Below, in pieces: positions 26,063 through 35,512 of a stretch of DNA of 64,000 nt. The notes below the pieces were generated by a model that worked only from the letters and a program-made list of their open reading frames with translations, had not been told where the DNA came from and searched no databases. Location of the stretch: NCBI GenBank assembly GCA_963816355.1, contig CAWFKH010000003.1, positions 416,001 to 480,000 of the forward strand, given 5' to 3'. The first letter of the stretch is position 1. Each line of letters opens with the position of its first letter. The position numbers and the translations under genes were made by a program. This DNA is from an uncultured Gemmatimonadales bacterium (GTDB taxonomy: Bacteria > Gemmatimonadota > Gemmatimonadetes > Longimicrobiales > RSA9).

Positions 26063-27359
26063 CGCGCTCGATCTCGCGCCAGCCGATGTCGTCGCGGAAG
26101 TAGCGGCCGTCGAACTCGATCGCGGCGGCCGCCTCCCGGCTGCGCTGCGCCGCCTCCGCGATCGTCGGCGCGAGCGCCGTCACGGCGAGGACGCGGCCGC
26201 CGGACGTGACGAGGCGCCCCTCGCCGTCGCGCCGCGTCCCGGCGTGGAAGACGACCACGTCGTCCGCTTCCTCGATCGCGCGGGGGATGCGGATCGGCTT
26301 CCCCTTCTCGTACGTCCCGGGATAGCCGCCGGACGCGATGACGGTCGTGAGCGACGCCGCCGCGCGCCACCGCGGCGACAGCCCCTCGATCGAGTCGCCG
26401 CGCGCGATCGCCAGCATCGGCTCGAGCAGCGAGCTCTCCAGCAGCGGCAGGAGCGCCTGCGTCTCCGGATCGCCGAAGCGCGCGTTGAACTCGATCACCT
26501 TCGGCCCCTCCTCCGTCAGCATCAGTCCCGCGTAGAGCAGGCCGCGGAACGGACGCTCGTCCTCGCGCAGCGCGTCCAGCGTCGGCTGCACGATGCGACG
26601 GTCGACCTCCTCCATGAAGCCCTCCGGGAGGCCCCTCACCGGCGCGTACGCGCCCATGCCGCCGGTGTTCGGGCCGGTGTCTCCCACGCCGATCCGCTTG
26701 TGGTCCTGCGCCGGGATCATCGAGACCCCCCGCTCGCCATCCGTGAGCACGAAGACCGAGACCTCCTCGCCGTGCAGCCGCTCCTCGACCACCACCTCCG
26801 CCCCCGCGCCGCCGAACGTGCCGTGCACCAGCATGTCGCGCACCGCCGCCACCGCCTCCTCCGCGTCGTCGCAGACGACGGCGCCCTTGCCCGCAGCGAG
26901 ACCGGACGCCTTCACGACCATGCCGCCGCCGCTTCCACCGCGCTCGGCCGCCTCGCCGCGGATGTAGGCTTCGGCGGCGTCGCTTTCGGTAAATGTACGG
27001 TACGCCGCCGTCGGCACGCCAGCCTCCTGCATGAGCGTCTTGGCGTACGCCTTGGAGGCCTCGATGGCGGTGGCGGCCGCGGAGGGTCCGAACGCGGGGA
27101 TGCCTTCGCGGTTGAACAGGTCGACGAGGCCGGCGGCGAGGGGGGCTTCGGGGCCGACGACGGCGAGGTCGACGCCGTTCTGGCGTGCCCAGGCGCCGAG
27201 GGCGGGGCCATCGTCGGGATCGAGGGGGAGGTGGGTGGCGAGCGCGCCGGTGCCGCCGTTGCCGCGGGTGACGAAGAGCTCGGCGGTCGGGTCGTCACGG
27301 TGGATCTTCCAGAGGAGCGCGTGCTCGCGCCCCCCGCTGCCGACGACGAGGACTCTCAT
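26046..27359 (-). CDS. purD: Phosphoribosylamine-glycine ligase
   Basis: GSGGREHAL, GPEAPL, QDHKR, GPNTGGMGAY, EFNARFGDPE. Confidence 0.98.
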   Translation of the reverse strand: MRVLVVGSGGREHALLWKIHRDDPTAELFVTRGNGGTGALATHLPLDPDDGPALGAWARQNGVDLAVVGPEAPLAAGLVDLFNREGIPAFGPSAAATAIEASKAYAKTLMQEAGVPTAAYRTFTESDAAEAYIRGEAAERGGSGGGMVVKASGLAAGKGAVVCDDAEEAVAAVRDMLVHGTFGGAGAEVVVEERLHGEEVSVFVLTDGERGVSMIPAQDHKRIGVGDTGPNTGGMGAYAPVRGLPEGFMEEVDRRIVQPTLDALREDERPFRGLLYAGLMLTEEGPKVIEFNARFGDPETQALLPLLESSLLEPMLAIARGDSIEGLSPRWRAAASLTTVIASGGYPGTYEKGKPIRIPRAIEEADDVVVFHAGTRRDGEGRLVTSGGRVLAVTALAPTIAEAAQRSREAAAAIEFDGRYFRDDIGWREIERGAGAA

Positions 27360-27389
27360 GGCGGATCGGGGGTGCGGGTGGTGGGATCT

Positions 27390-28370
27390 CTAGATGTTCT
27401 TGAGCCCCTCGGCCATCGCGTCCCTGACGCGCCGGGCGGCGTCGGCCATCTGGCCGGCGAAGGTGCCGGCGTCGTGCGCGTACGCCCTGGCGGCGGCGGA
27501 GATGTCGTCGCGGTAGGGCGGCTTCTCCTCGTCGCGGCGGCGGTACTCTCCGCGAATGACGCGGTCGTACTCGCCGGCCTGGATCCAGTCGCGCAGCTCG
27601 GCGACGCGGAGCACGGGGAAGGGGTGCGTGGAGAGGAGCAGGTTGAGGACCTTGAAGACGTTGTCGGCGACGTCGCCCGCCTCGCGGTACTCGTCGGCCT
27701 GGCGGATGAACTCGTTGAGGTCGAGCTCGTCGGACCTGCCGCCGCCGGCGAGCTTCATGAAGGCGTTCATGACGGCGTCCGGCTTCTGGACCGCGAGCAG
27801 CCCGGCGCGGTCGCAGGAGAGCTCGCTCTTGCGGCTCCACTCGAGGAGGCCGAGGAGGACGCCGCGGGCGGCGAGTCCGACGATCGGGAAGCCGGACTGC
27901 GCGAGCTTCAGGAGGAGGACCATCATCGTCCGGTAGAGGACGTGGCCGGAGAGGATGTGGCCCAGCTCATGGCCGATGAGGAAGCTCACCTCGTCGTCGT
28001 CGAGCAGACGGATCGCGCCGGAGTTGAGGATGATGAACGGCTCGTTCATGCCGTACGCGCCGGCGTTGACGATCGGCGTCTGCGAGAGGAAGAGCGGGTA
28101 CGGCTCGGAGTCGAGGGTGCGGAGCACTTCGTCGTAGAGCTTCTGGATGCGCGGGAACTGGCGGGGCGAGACGCGCACCGCGTTGGCCTGGAAGGCGAGG
28201 CGCACCGGCTTCTCGCCGAAGAAGCCGAAGAGCTTGCGGAGCACCTCGTCGAAGGCGGGCACGCGGCGCAGCGCCTGCAGCGCCGCGCGGTCCGCCGGAT
28301 GCTCCCACGCGTCCGGGCCGATGCCGGTGAGGATGACCGGCCCGCTCCGCGGTTCCAGGGTGTCGCTCAT
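27390..28370 (-). CDS. M48 family metallopeptidase
   Basis: WEHPADR, GHELGH, ELSCDRAG, THP. Confidence 0.92.
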   Translation of the reverse strand: MSDTLEPRSGPVILTGIGPDAWEHPADRAALQALRRVPAFDEVLRKLFGFFGEKPVRLAFQANAVRVSPRQFPRIQKLYDEVLRTLDSEPYPLFLSQTPIVNAGAYGMNEPFIILNSGAIRLLDDDEVSFLIGHELGHILSGHVLYRTMMVLLLKLAQSGFPIVGLAARGVLLGLLEWSRKSELSCDRAGLLAVQKPDAVMNAFMKLAGGGRSDELDLNEFIRQADEYREAGDVADNVFKVLNLLLSTHPFPVLRVAELRDWIQAGEYDRVIRGEYRRRDEEKPPYRDDISAAARAYAHDAGTFAGQMADAARRVRDAMAEGLKNI

Positions 28371-28536
28371 TCGATGGCTCCGGTTTAAAGGCTCCTGCCC
28401 GTTGGTACGTCCTGCGCGGGAGGAAGGTTTCGGGCTCAGCGCCGGCGCGAGGGTCGCACCGACCGGTAGGCGCCGCCGGCAAAGCGCGCCTCCGAAGCGG
28501 TCTGGGTCTGCAGAGGAGGGTCGCAGACTCCCCCCG

Positions 28537-28662
28537 CAGACCGTGTCCCGCAGACCCCCCTCAGACCGTGTCCCCCAGACCCCCCTCAGACCGTGTCCCC
28601 CAGACCCCCCTCAGACCGTGTCCCCCAGACCCCCCTCAGACCCCCTCCCCAGACCCCAGACC
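28537..28662 (+). repeat. 25-bp C-rich tandem repeat, 4 copies plus a degenerate tail
   Basis: CAGACCGTGTCCCCCAGACCCCCCT at 28537 (1 mismatch), 28562, 28587 and 28612. Confidence 0.95.
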
Positions 28663-28701
28663 GATCGCCGAGCCCAAGCTCCAGACGTGCGCCCCCCCCG
28701 C

Positions 28702-29865
28702 CTACTCCCGCAGCGCCCCCTCCAGATCCCCCACAAGATCCTCCACGTCCTCGATGCCGACGGAAAGCCGCAGCAAGCCGTCGCTGATCCCCATGGCGCG
28801 GCGGCGGTCCTCGGGGATCGAGGCGTGGGTCATGAGGGCGGGGTGTCCGATCAGGCTCTCGACGCCGCCGAGGCTCTCGGCGAGGGCGAACAGGCGGGTC
28901 CGGCTCGCGACGCGGCGGGCGCGCTCGAGGGAACCGAGCTCCATGCTGACCATGCCGGTGAAGCCGTCCATCTGGCGGCGGGCGAGGTCGTGCTGGGGAT
29001 GGGAGGGAAGGCCGGGATAGTAGACCCGCTCGACGGCGGGGTGCGCTTCGAGGAACTCGGCGACGCGCAGGCCATTGCGGTTGTGCGCCTGCATGCGCAG
29101 GTGCAGCGTCTTCGTGCCGCGCATCACCAGCCAGGAATCGAACGGGCCCGGCACGGCGCCGGCGGCCTTCTGCAGGAAGCGCAGCTCGGCGGCGACGTCG
29201 TCGTCGCTCGTCACCGCGATGCCGCCGATCACATCGGAGTGCCCGTTCAAGTACTTCGTGCTGGAATGGACGACGATCGTGGCGCCCAGCTCGAGCGGGC
29301 GCTGGTTGAAGGGGGACGCGAACGTGTTGTCGACGCAGAGGTGGATCCCGGCGTCGCGGGCGATCGCGGCGGCGGCGCGCAGGTCGCTCACCCGCATCAT
29401 CGGGTTCGTCGGCGTCTCCAGGTGGATCAGCCGCGTCCGGGGCCGGATCGCGTCGCGGATCGCGTCCGGATCGCGCCCGTCGACGAAGGTGAACGCCAGC
29501 CCCAGCCGCTGGAGCACCTGCGTGAACATGCGGTGCGTGCCGCCGTAGACGTTCTCCTCGCTGACGACGTGGTCACCCGCGGAGAGGCGCTTGACGATCG
29601 CCTCGATCGCGGCGAGGCCGCTGGCGAACGCGACGCCGTGGCGGGCGCCCTCGAGCGCGGCGATGTTCGCCTCCATCGCCTCGCGCGTGGGGTTCTGGAC
29701 GCGCGCGTATTCGTAGCCGTGGCGCGGCTCGCCGAGCGCGTCCTGCACGTACGTCGACGTCTGGTAGATCGGCGGCATGACCGCGCCGGTCGCGGGGTCG
29801 GGGTGCTGGCCGGCGTGGACGGCGCGGGAGCCGAAGCGGAGGTCGGATTCGCTCATCGTTTCCAT
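28702..29865 (-). CDS. Cystathionine gamma-synthase/lyase
   Basis: PIYQTSTY, YARVQNPTR, ETPTNP, VDNTF, HSSTKYLNGHSD, ESLGGVESL; start 29865 or 29856. Confidence 0.95.
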   Translation of the reverse strand: METMSESDLRFGSRAVHAGQHPDPATGAVMPPIYQTSTYVQDALGEPRHGYEYARVQNPTREAMEANIAALEGARHGVAFASGLAAIEAIVKRLSAGDHVVSEENVYGGTHRMFTQVLQRLGLAFTFVDGRDPDAIRDAIRPRTRLIHLETPTNPMMRVSDLRAAAAIARDAGIHLCVDNTFASPFNQRPLELGATIVVHSSTKYLNGHSDVIGGIAVTSDDDVAAELRFLQKAAGAVPGPFDSWLVMRGTKTLHLRMQAHNRNGLRVAEFLEAHPAVERVYYPGLPSHPQHDLARRQMDGFTGMVSMELGSLERARRVASRTRLFALAESLGGVESLIGHPALMTHASIPEDRRRAMGISDGLLRLSVGIEDVEDLVGDLEGALRE

Positions 29866-30057
29866 GTGGGATTCGGGTCTCGCGGAAGGTAAGGCGGAGT
29901 GCCACCCCGCAGCCAGGGCGCCGCGCCGGGGAGGAAGAGCGCCGCGGCGCCGCGGGGAGGCCGCCGCCGCCGCGGGGGCGCACGCCTCTTGCCGCGGTCC
30001 GGAGAAGGGGTCACCGTGGGCCCCGGGCGAACGCGGCGGCGACACGGAAGGGGAACC

Positions 30058-30945
30058 TTGGAAAGAGCGCTCCTGAGTCACGAGGTGGTCGCGGCCGACG
30101 GCGTCGGGCCGGAGCGCTGGATCTACTTCCTGCACGGCATCTTCGGCGCCGGCCGCAACTGGGGCTCGGTCGCGCGGCGGCTGGCGCGGGAGCGGCCGGG
30201 GACGGGCGCCGTCCTCGTCGACCTGCGCCAGCACGGCGGCTCGCAGGGTTTCGCGCCGCCGCACACGATCACGGCCGCCGCGGCGGACGTGGCGCGGCTC
30301 GCGCGCGACTCCGCGCGGCCGGTCGCGGAGATCCTGGGCCACTCGTTCGGCGGCAAGGTGGCGCTTCAGCTCCTCCGCGACGGCGCCGCCGCGCAGGCCG
30401 GCGACGATCGTCGCGCGGACGGCGACGCGGACGGCGGCGGGGACGGCGGCGTGGCGCGTGCGTGGATCGTCGACTCCACGCCCGCGTCGTATGCGGGTCC
30501 TCGCGGCAGCGCGTGGCAGATGCTTGCGACGCTGCGGTCGCTGCCCGCCCGCTTCGACTCGCGCGGCGCACTGGTCGCGGCGCTCGGCGCGCGTGGCGTG
30601 GCGGCGCCGACGGCGCAGTGGATGGCCACGAACCTGCAGCGCGCCGCCGACGGCGGCTACGTCTGGCGCTTCGACCTCGATGCGATGGAGGCGTTGCTGC
30701 GCGACTTCTTCCGCGTCGACCTGTGGGACGTCGTGGAGTCGCCGCCCGCGGCCTGCACGATCCACTTCGTCAAGGCGGCGGAGTCGGGGGTGCTCGACGA
30801 CGCCGCCGTTCGGCGCATCCGTGCCGCGGGCGAGCGCACCGGCCGCGTCCGTCTCGACGTGGTCGCGGGTGGACACTGGCTCAACGCGGACAACCCGGAG
30901 GCGGTGCTCGATCTGCTGCTCGCCGGCGACGGCGCGAGCCGATAG
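30058..30945 (+). CDS. Alpha/beta hydrolase (YbfF/ABHD11-like esterase)
   Basis: LHGIFGAGRNW, DLRQHG, GHSFGGK, GHWLNADNP; TTG start after GGAAGGGG. Confidence 0.9.
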   Translation: MERALLSHEVVAADGVGPERWIYFLHGIFGAGRNWGSVARRLARERPGTGAVLVDLRQHGGSQGFAPPHTITAAAADVARLARDSARPVAEILGHSFGGKVALQLLRDGAAAQAGDDRRADGDADGGGDGGVARAWIVDSTPASYAGPRGSAWQMLATLRSLPARFDSRGALVAALGARGVAAPTAQWMATNLQRAADGGYVWRFDLDAMEALLRDFFRVDLWDVVESPPAACTIHFVKAAESGVLDDAAVRRIRAAGERTGRVRLDVVAGGHWLNADNPEAVLDLLLAGDGASR

Positions 30946-31012
30946 AATTCCGCCCGCCGGGCGGCGGGCGCGCCGGCGAACGGGAGGCGCAGCCGGGCAC
31001 GAGAGGGAGGCG

Positions 31013-32458
31013 ATGGAGCTACCGAAGGAACTGATGGTGGGCGTTTCGGGCGTTCGCGGCCGCGTCGGAGAGGCGCTCACGCCCGAGGTCGTGGCGGCGG
31101 TCGCCGCCGCCTTCGGCGCCTTCGCGCGGCAGGAGGCCGCGGCGGGGGCGGGGCGGGAGGCAACGGCGGAGGCGAGGTGGGAGGCTGCCGCGACGGCTCC
31201 TTCGGGGCCGCGCCCGCGCGTGGTCGTCGGCCGGGACAGCCGGACCTCCGGGCCGATGTTCACGCGCGCGGTGACGAGCGCGCTGCAGTCGGTCGGCTGC
31301 GACGTCGTCGACGTCGGGCTCGCGCCCACGCCGACGACGCTCTTCGCGGTGCGCGAGCACGGGGCGGCGGGCGCCGTCGTGGTGACGGCGAGCCACAACC
31401 CGGTGGAATGGAACGCGCTGAAGCTTGCCTCCGCGGAGGGGATGTTCCTCGACGCCGCGCAGGGCGAGCGCATGCGGCGCTTCCTGACGGCGCCGATCCC
31501 GCGCGCGGGCTGGGACGGGCTGGGCGAGGTGTCGCTGGATGGTGACGCGGTGCGCCGTCACCTGGACGCGGTGCTGGCGCTGCCCTACCTCGACCTGGAG
31601 GGCCTGCGGCGGCGGCGCTTCCGCGTCGCGCTCGACTGCGTCCACGGCGCGGGGTCCGCGCTGCTGCCGCCGCTCCTGGAGGCGCTCGGGTGCGAGGTCG
31701 TGGGGATCGGGCTGGAGCCGGACGGCCGCTTCCCGCGCGAGCCGGAGCCGGTGGCGGCGAACCTGGGGGAGCTGGAGCGGCTGGTGGTCGAGAGCGAGGC
31801 GGAGATCGGCCTCGCCACGGATCCGGACGCGGACCGCCTCTCGCTGGTGAGCGGCCAGGGCCGGGCGGTGGGCGAGGACTTCACGCTGGCTCTCGCGGCG
31901 ATGCTCGTGCTGCGGCACCGCCCGGGACCGGTGGTGACGAACCTGTCGACGAGCCGGCTGGTCGAGGACGTCGCCGCGGAGGCGGGCGTGCCGGTGGCGC
32001 GGGCGCCGGTGGGCGAGATCCACGTGGCGCGGCGGATGCAGGCAGAGGGCGCGGTCGTGGGGGGGGAAGGGAACGGCGGCGTGATCCTGCCGGAGCTGCA
32101 CTTCACGCGGGACTCGGCGGTCGCGGCGGCGCTGGTGCTGCAGCTCCTGCTCGAGACGGGGCGCACGCTCGCCGACCACGTCACGCGGCAGCGCCGCTAC
32201 GCGATCGTGAAGGAGAAGCTGCCGCGCGACGACCGGCCGCTGGAGCGGGCGTACCGCACGCTCGAGGCGAGACTCGCCGCGCCGGAGGTAAGCCGCGAGG
32301 ACGGCCTCTGGCTGTCCTGGCCGGAGAACCGCAAGTGGCTGCACCTGCGGCCGTCGGGGACGGAGCCGATCCTGCGCGTCATCGCGGAGGCGGCGTCGGC
32401 GGAGGCCGCGCGCGAGCTGATCGAGCTGGCGCGCCACGCGCTCGCGCACCCCGAATGA
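31013..32458 (+). CDS. glmM: Phosphoglucosamine mutase (alpha-D-phosphohexomutase)
   Basis: SGVRG, GRDSR, TASHNP, DPDADR, GGEGNGG, RPSGTEP; lies next to glmS. Confidence 0.9.
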   Translation: MELPKELMVGVSGVRGRVGEALTPEVVAAVAAAFGAFARQEAAAGAGREATAEARWEAAATAPSGPRPRVVVGRDSRTSGPMFTRAVTSALQSVGCDVVDVGLAPTPTTLFAVREHGAAGAVVVTASHNPVEWNALKLASAEGMFLDAAQGERMRRFLTAPIPRAGWDGLGEVSLDGDAVRRHLDAVLALPYLDLEGLRRRRFRVALDCVHGAGSALLPPLLEALGCEVVGIGLEPDGRFPREPEPVAANLGELERLVVESEAEIGLATDPDADRLSLVSGQGRAVGEDFTLALAAMLVLRHRPGPVVTNLSTSRLVEDVAAEAGVPVARAPVGEIHVARRMQAEGAVVGGEGNGGVILPELHFTRDSAVAAALVLQLLLETGRTLADHVTRQRRYAIVKEKLPRDDRPLERAYRTLEARLAAPEVSREDGLWLSWPENRKWLHLRPSGTEPILRVIAEAASAEAARELIELARHALAHPE

Positions 32459-32601
32459 CGCCGCTGCGGCGGCCGCGGGCCGTGGCGCCGCGGGGGCGCC
32501 GGCCGTGCTGGACACGGGCGGCGCTCGATCCGCGAGAGCGAGGGCCCGAATCGCGGACGGCGGGGTAGAACGCGCGACGAATTTCCACGGGAGCTCGGCC
32601 A

Positions 32602-34434
32602 ATGTGCGGCATTGTCGGCTACATCGGATCGAAATCCGTGACGCCCCTGCTCATGGAGGGGCTGAAGCGGATGGAGTACCGCGGCTACGATTCGGCGGGG
32701 CTGGCGGTGCTGGAGGACGGCCACATCGAGACGCGCAAGACGGTGGGCAACATCGGCGCGCTCGAGGCGACGCTCGGCAACGGCCGGACGCCGAGCGGCA
32801 CGTGCGGCATCGCGCACACGCGGTGGGCGACGCACGGCGCGCCGAGCCGCGACAACGCACACCCCCACACCGATTGCAGTGGCGACATCGTCGTGGTCCA
32901 CAACGGCATCGTGGAGAACGCGCCGACGCTGCGCCGGAAGCTGGAGAGCCTGGGCCACACCTTCCATTCCGAGACGGACACGGAAGTGATCGCCCACATG
33001 ATCGAGGAGGCGTACGACGGCTCCCTCGAGAAGGCGGTGCGCGCGGCGCTGCGCCAGATCGACGGCACGTACGGCCTGGCGATCATGAGCGCGCGCGAGC
33101 CCCGCAAGATCGTTGCGGCGCGGCTCGGCAGCCCGCTGTTGCTGGGGCTGGGCGAGCGCGGCGAGTACTTCGTGGCGAGCGACGTGGCGGCGGTGCTGTC
33201 GCAGACGCGACAGGTGATCTACATGGACGACGGCGAGATCGCGGTGCTCACGCCGGACGGCTACGAGATCTCGTCGCTGAAGGGCGGCACCGTGGAGAAG
33301 GAGGTGGCCGAGATCGCCTGGGACCTCGATGCGATCGAGAAGGCGGGCTTCGACCACTTCATGCTCAAGGAGATCATGGAGCAGCCGGAGACGCTGCGGA
33401 ACACGATGCGCGGGCGTCTGATGCCGGCGGAAGGCAACGTGAAGCTGGGCGGCGTGACGCTCGATCGGGACGAGCTGCTGTCGATCGACCGGATCATCAT
33501 CACCGCGTGCGGCACCTCCTGGCACTCCGCGCTGATCGGCGAATACATGCTCGAGGAAGTCGCGCGCGTGCCGGTCGAGGTCGAGTACGCCTCGGAGTTC
33601 CGCTACCGCAACCCGGTGGTCGACGAAGGCACGCTGGTGATCGCGATCAGCCAGTCGGGCGAGACCGCGGACACGCTGGCGGCGATGCGCGAGGCGCGCC
33701 AGCGGGGGGCGCGGGTGATGGGTCTGGTCAACGTGGTCGGCTCGACGATTGCCCGCGACTCGGATTTCGGGATCTATCTGCACGCGGGCCCGGAGATCGG
33801 CGTCGCCTCGACGAAGGCGTTCACCAGCCAGGTCGTTGCGCTGGCGCTCTTCACCGTGATGCTCGGCCGCGTGCGGAACCTGTCGATGCTCGACGGCCGC
33901 CGCATCATCGAGGGACTGGCGGCGCTGCCGGAGAAGGTCGAGCAGGTGCTGGAGCTGAACCCGGCGATCCGTGAGCTGGCGCGCATCTACAAGAGCGCGC
34001 CGAACTTCCTCTACATGGGGCGCGGCTACAACTTCCCCGCCGCGCTCGAGGGCGCGCTCAAGCTGAAGGAGATCAGCTACATCCACGCCGAGGGGTACCC
34101 GGCGGCGGAGATGAAGCACGGCCCGATCGCGCTGATCGACGAGAACATGCCGGTGGTCGTCCTCGCGCCGAAGGACGCGGTCTACAACAAGATCGTCTCC
34201 AACGTGGAGGAGGTGAAGGCGCGCGGCGGCAAGGTGATCGCCGTGGTGACGGAGGGGACGATGGAGCTGGCGGAGACGGCGGACCACCTGATCACGATTC
34301 CCCCAACGCTGGACATGCTCGCGCCGATCCTCGTGAGCGTGCCGCTGCAGCTCCTCGCCTATCACATCGCGGTCATGCGCGGCTGCAACGTGGACCAGCC
34401 GCGCAACCTGGCGAAGTCGGTCACCGTCGAATAG
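32602..34434 (+). CDS. glmS: Glutamine-fructose-6-phosphate aminotransferase
   Basis: MCGIVG, EYRGYDSAG, SQSGETADT, QPRNLAKSVTVE. Confidence 0.99.
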   Translation: MCGIVGYIGSKSVTPLLMEGLKRMEYRGYDSAGLAVLEDGHIETRKTVGNIGALEATLGNGRTPSGTCGIAHTRWATHGAPSRDNAHPHTDCSGDIVVVHNGIVENAPTLRRKLESLGHTFHSETDTEVIAHMIEEAYDGSLEKAVRAALRQIDGTYGLAIMSAREPRKIVAARLGSPLLLGLGERGEYFVASDVAAVLSQTRQVIYMDDGEIAVLTPDGYEISSLKGGTVEKEVAEIAWDLDAIEKAGFDHFMLKEIMEQPETLRNTMRGRLMPAEGNVKLGGVTLDRDELLSIDRIIITACGTSWHSALIGEYMLEEVARVPVEVEYASEFRYRNPVVDEGTLVIAISQSGETADTLAAMREARQRGARVMGLVNVVGSTIARDSDFGIYLHAGPEIGVASTKAFTSQVVALALFTVMLGRVRNLSMLDGRRIIEGLAALPEKVEQVLELNPAIRELARIYKSAPNFLYMGRGYNFPAALEGALKLKEISYIHAEGYPAAEMKHGPIALIDENMPVVVLAPKDAVYNKIVSNVEEVKARGGKVIAVVTEGTMELAETADHLITIPPTLDMLAPILVSVPLQLLAYHIAVMRGCNVDQPRNLAKSVTVE

Positions 34435-34445
34435 GAGCGCCCCGG

Positions 34446-34886
34446 ATGCGCGTCCTGCTGCAGCGCGTCTCGCGGGCGGAAGTCCGTATCGGCGGCACCC
34501 TCACGGGCCGCATCGCCGGCGGGCTGCTGCTTTTCGTGGGCTTCCAGCGCGACGAGGATCCCGCCGCCGTCGAGTGGATGGCAGAGAAGGTGCTCGGCCT
34601 GCGCATCTTCGCCGACGACGCCGAGCGGATGAACCGCTCGCTCCTCGACACCGGCGGCGACGTGCTCGTCGTGAGCCAGTTCACGCTGTACGGCGACGCG
34701 CGCAAGGGGCGCCGCCCCAGCTTCGTCCACGCCGCGGAGGCGCCGGAGGCGGTCCCGCTCTACGAGCGCTTCGTCGCCGCGCTGCGCGAGCGCGCCCCGG
34801 CCGCGGTCGAGACGGGCGAGTTCGGCACGATGATGGAGGTGGAGCTAGTGAACGACGGCCCCGTCACGCTGATGCTGGAGCGATGA
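34446..34886 (+). CDS. dtd: D-aminoacyl-tRNA deacylase
   Basis: QRVSRA, SQFTL, NDGPVT. Confidence 0.97.
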   Translation: MRVLLQRVSRAEVRIGGTLTGRIAGGLLLFVGFQRDEDPAAVEWMAEKVLGLRIFADDAERMNRSLLDTGGDVLVVSQFTLYGDARKGRRPSFVHAAEAPEAVPLYERFVAALRERAPAAVETGEFGTMMEVELVNDGPVTLMLER

Positions 34887-35512
34887 ACGAGGCCGCCGCC
34901 GGCGCCGCGGCCGGTGTCCCGCCCCTCGTCCTCGCGTCCGCGTCGCCGCGCCGCGCCGAGCTCCTGCGCATGCTCGGCCTCCGTTTCGACATCGTCCCCG
35001 CCGCCATCGAGGAGACGATGCACCGCAACGAGGCCGCGCCCGCGGCGGTCGAGCGGCTCGCGCTCGAGAAGGCGGCCGACGTCGCCGCGCGCCGCCCGGA
35101 CGCGCTCGTCGTGGGCAGCGACACCGTCGTCGTGCTGGACGAGGCGGTGCTCGGCAAGCCGACGTCGCCGGAGGACGCCGCCCGCATGCTCCTCCAGCTC
35201 CAGGGTCGCGAGCACCGCGTCGCGACCGGCGTCGCGGTGGTCGCGCCGGACGGCCGGAAGGTGTCCTCGGCGGAGATCGTGCGCGTCCGCTTCCGCTCCT
35301 TCGACGAGATGACGGCGCTGCAGTACGTGGCGACGGGCGAGCCGCTCGACAAGGCGGGCGCGTACGGCATCCAGGGGTACGGCGCGACGCTGGTCGACTC
35401 GATCCGGGGCGACTATTTCGCCGTCATGGGGCTGCCGGTCGCGCGGCTCGTCTCGCTGTTCCACGCGCTCGGCTGGCGCTACACCTTCGACGCCCTGGAG
35501 CCGATGCCGTGA
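34883..35512 (+). CDS. maf: Maf family nucleotide pyrophosphatase
   Basis: LASASPRR, SDTVV, LGKP, DKAGAYGIQ. Confidence 0.95.
   Translation: MNEAAAGAAAGVPPLVLASASPRRAELLRMLGLRFDIVPAAIEETMHRNEAAPAAVERLALEKAADVAARRPDALVVGSDTVVVLDEAVLGKPTSPEDAARMLLQLQGREHRVATGVAVVAPDGRKVSSAEIVRVRFRSFDEMTALQYVATGEPLDKAGAYGIQGYGATLVDSIRGDYFAVMGLPVARLVSLFHALGWRYTFDALEPMP

Noticed and set aside
25830..28388. Long antisense and alternative-frame ORFs (for example 852 aa here, 57505-60435, 59198-61990, 41989-44352)
   Set aside because: Shadow ORFs caused by stop-codon scarcity at high GC; Arg/Ala/Pro-rich, no motifs, and they overlap well-supported genes
28537..28662. CRISPR array
   Set aside because: Units are directly tandem with no unique spacers, and there are no cas genes in the window
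29866..30057. SAM or T-box riboswitch ahead of the trans-sulfuration genes (also 1233-1301)
   Set aside because: No SAM-I or T-box consensus elements are visible
32459..32601. glmS ribozyme upstream of glmS
   Set aside because: The conserved ribozyme core is not recognisable; this looks like an ordinary GC-rich spacer
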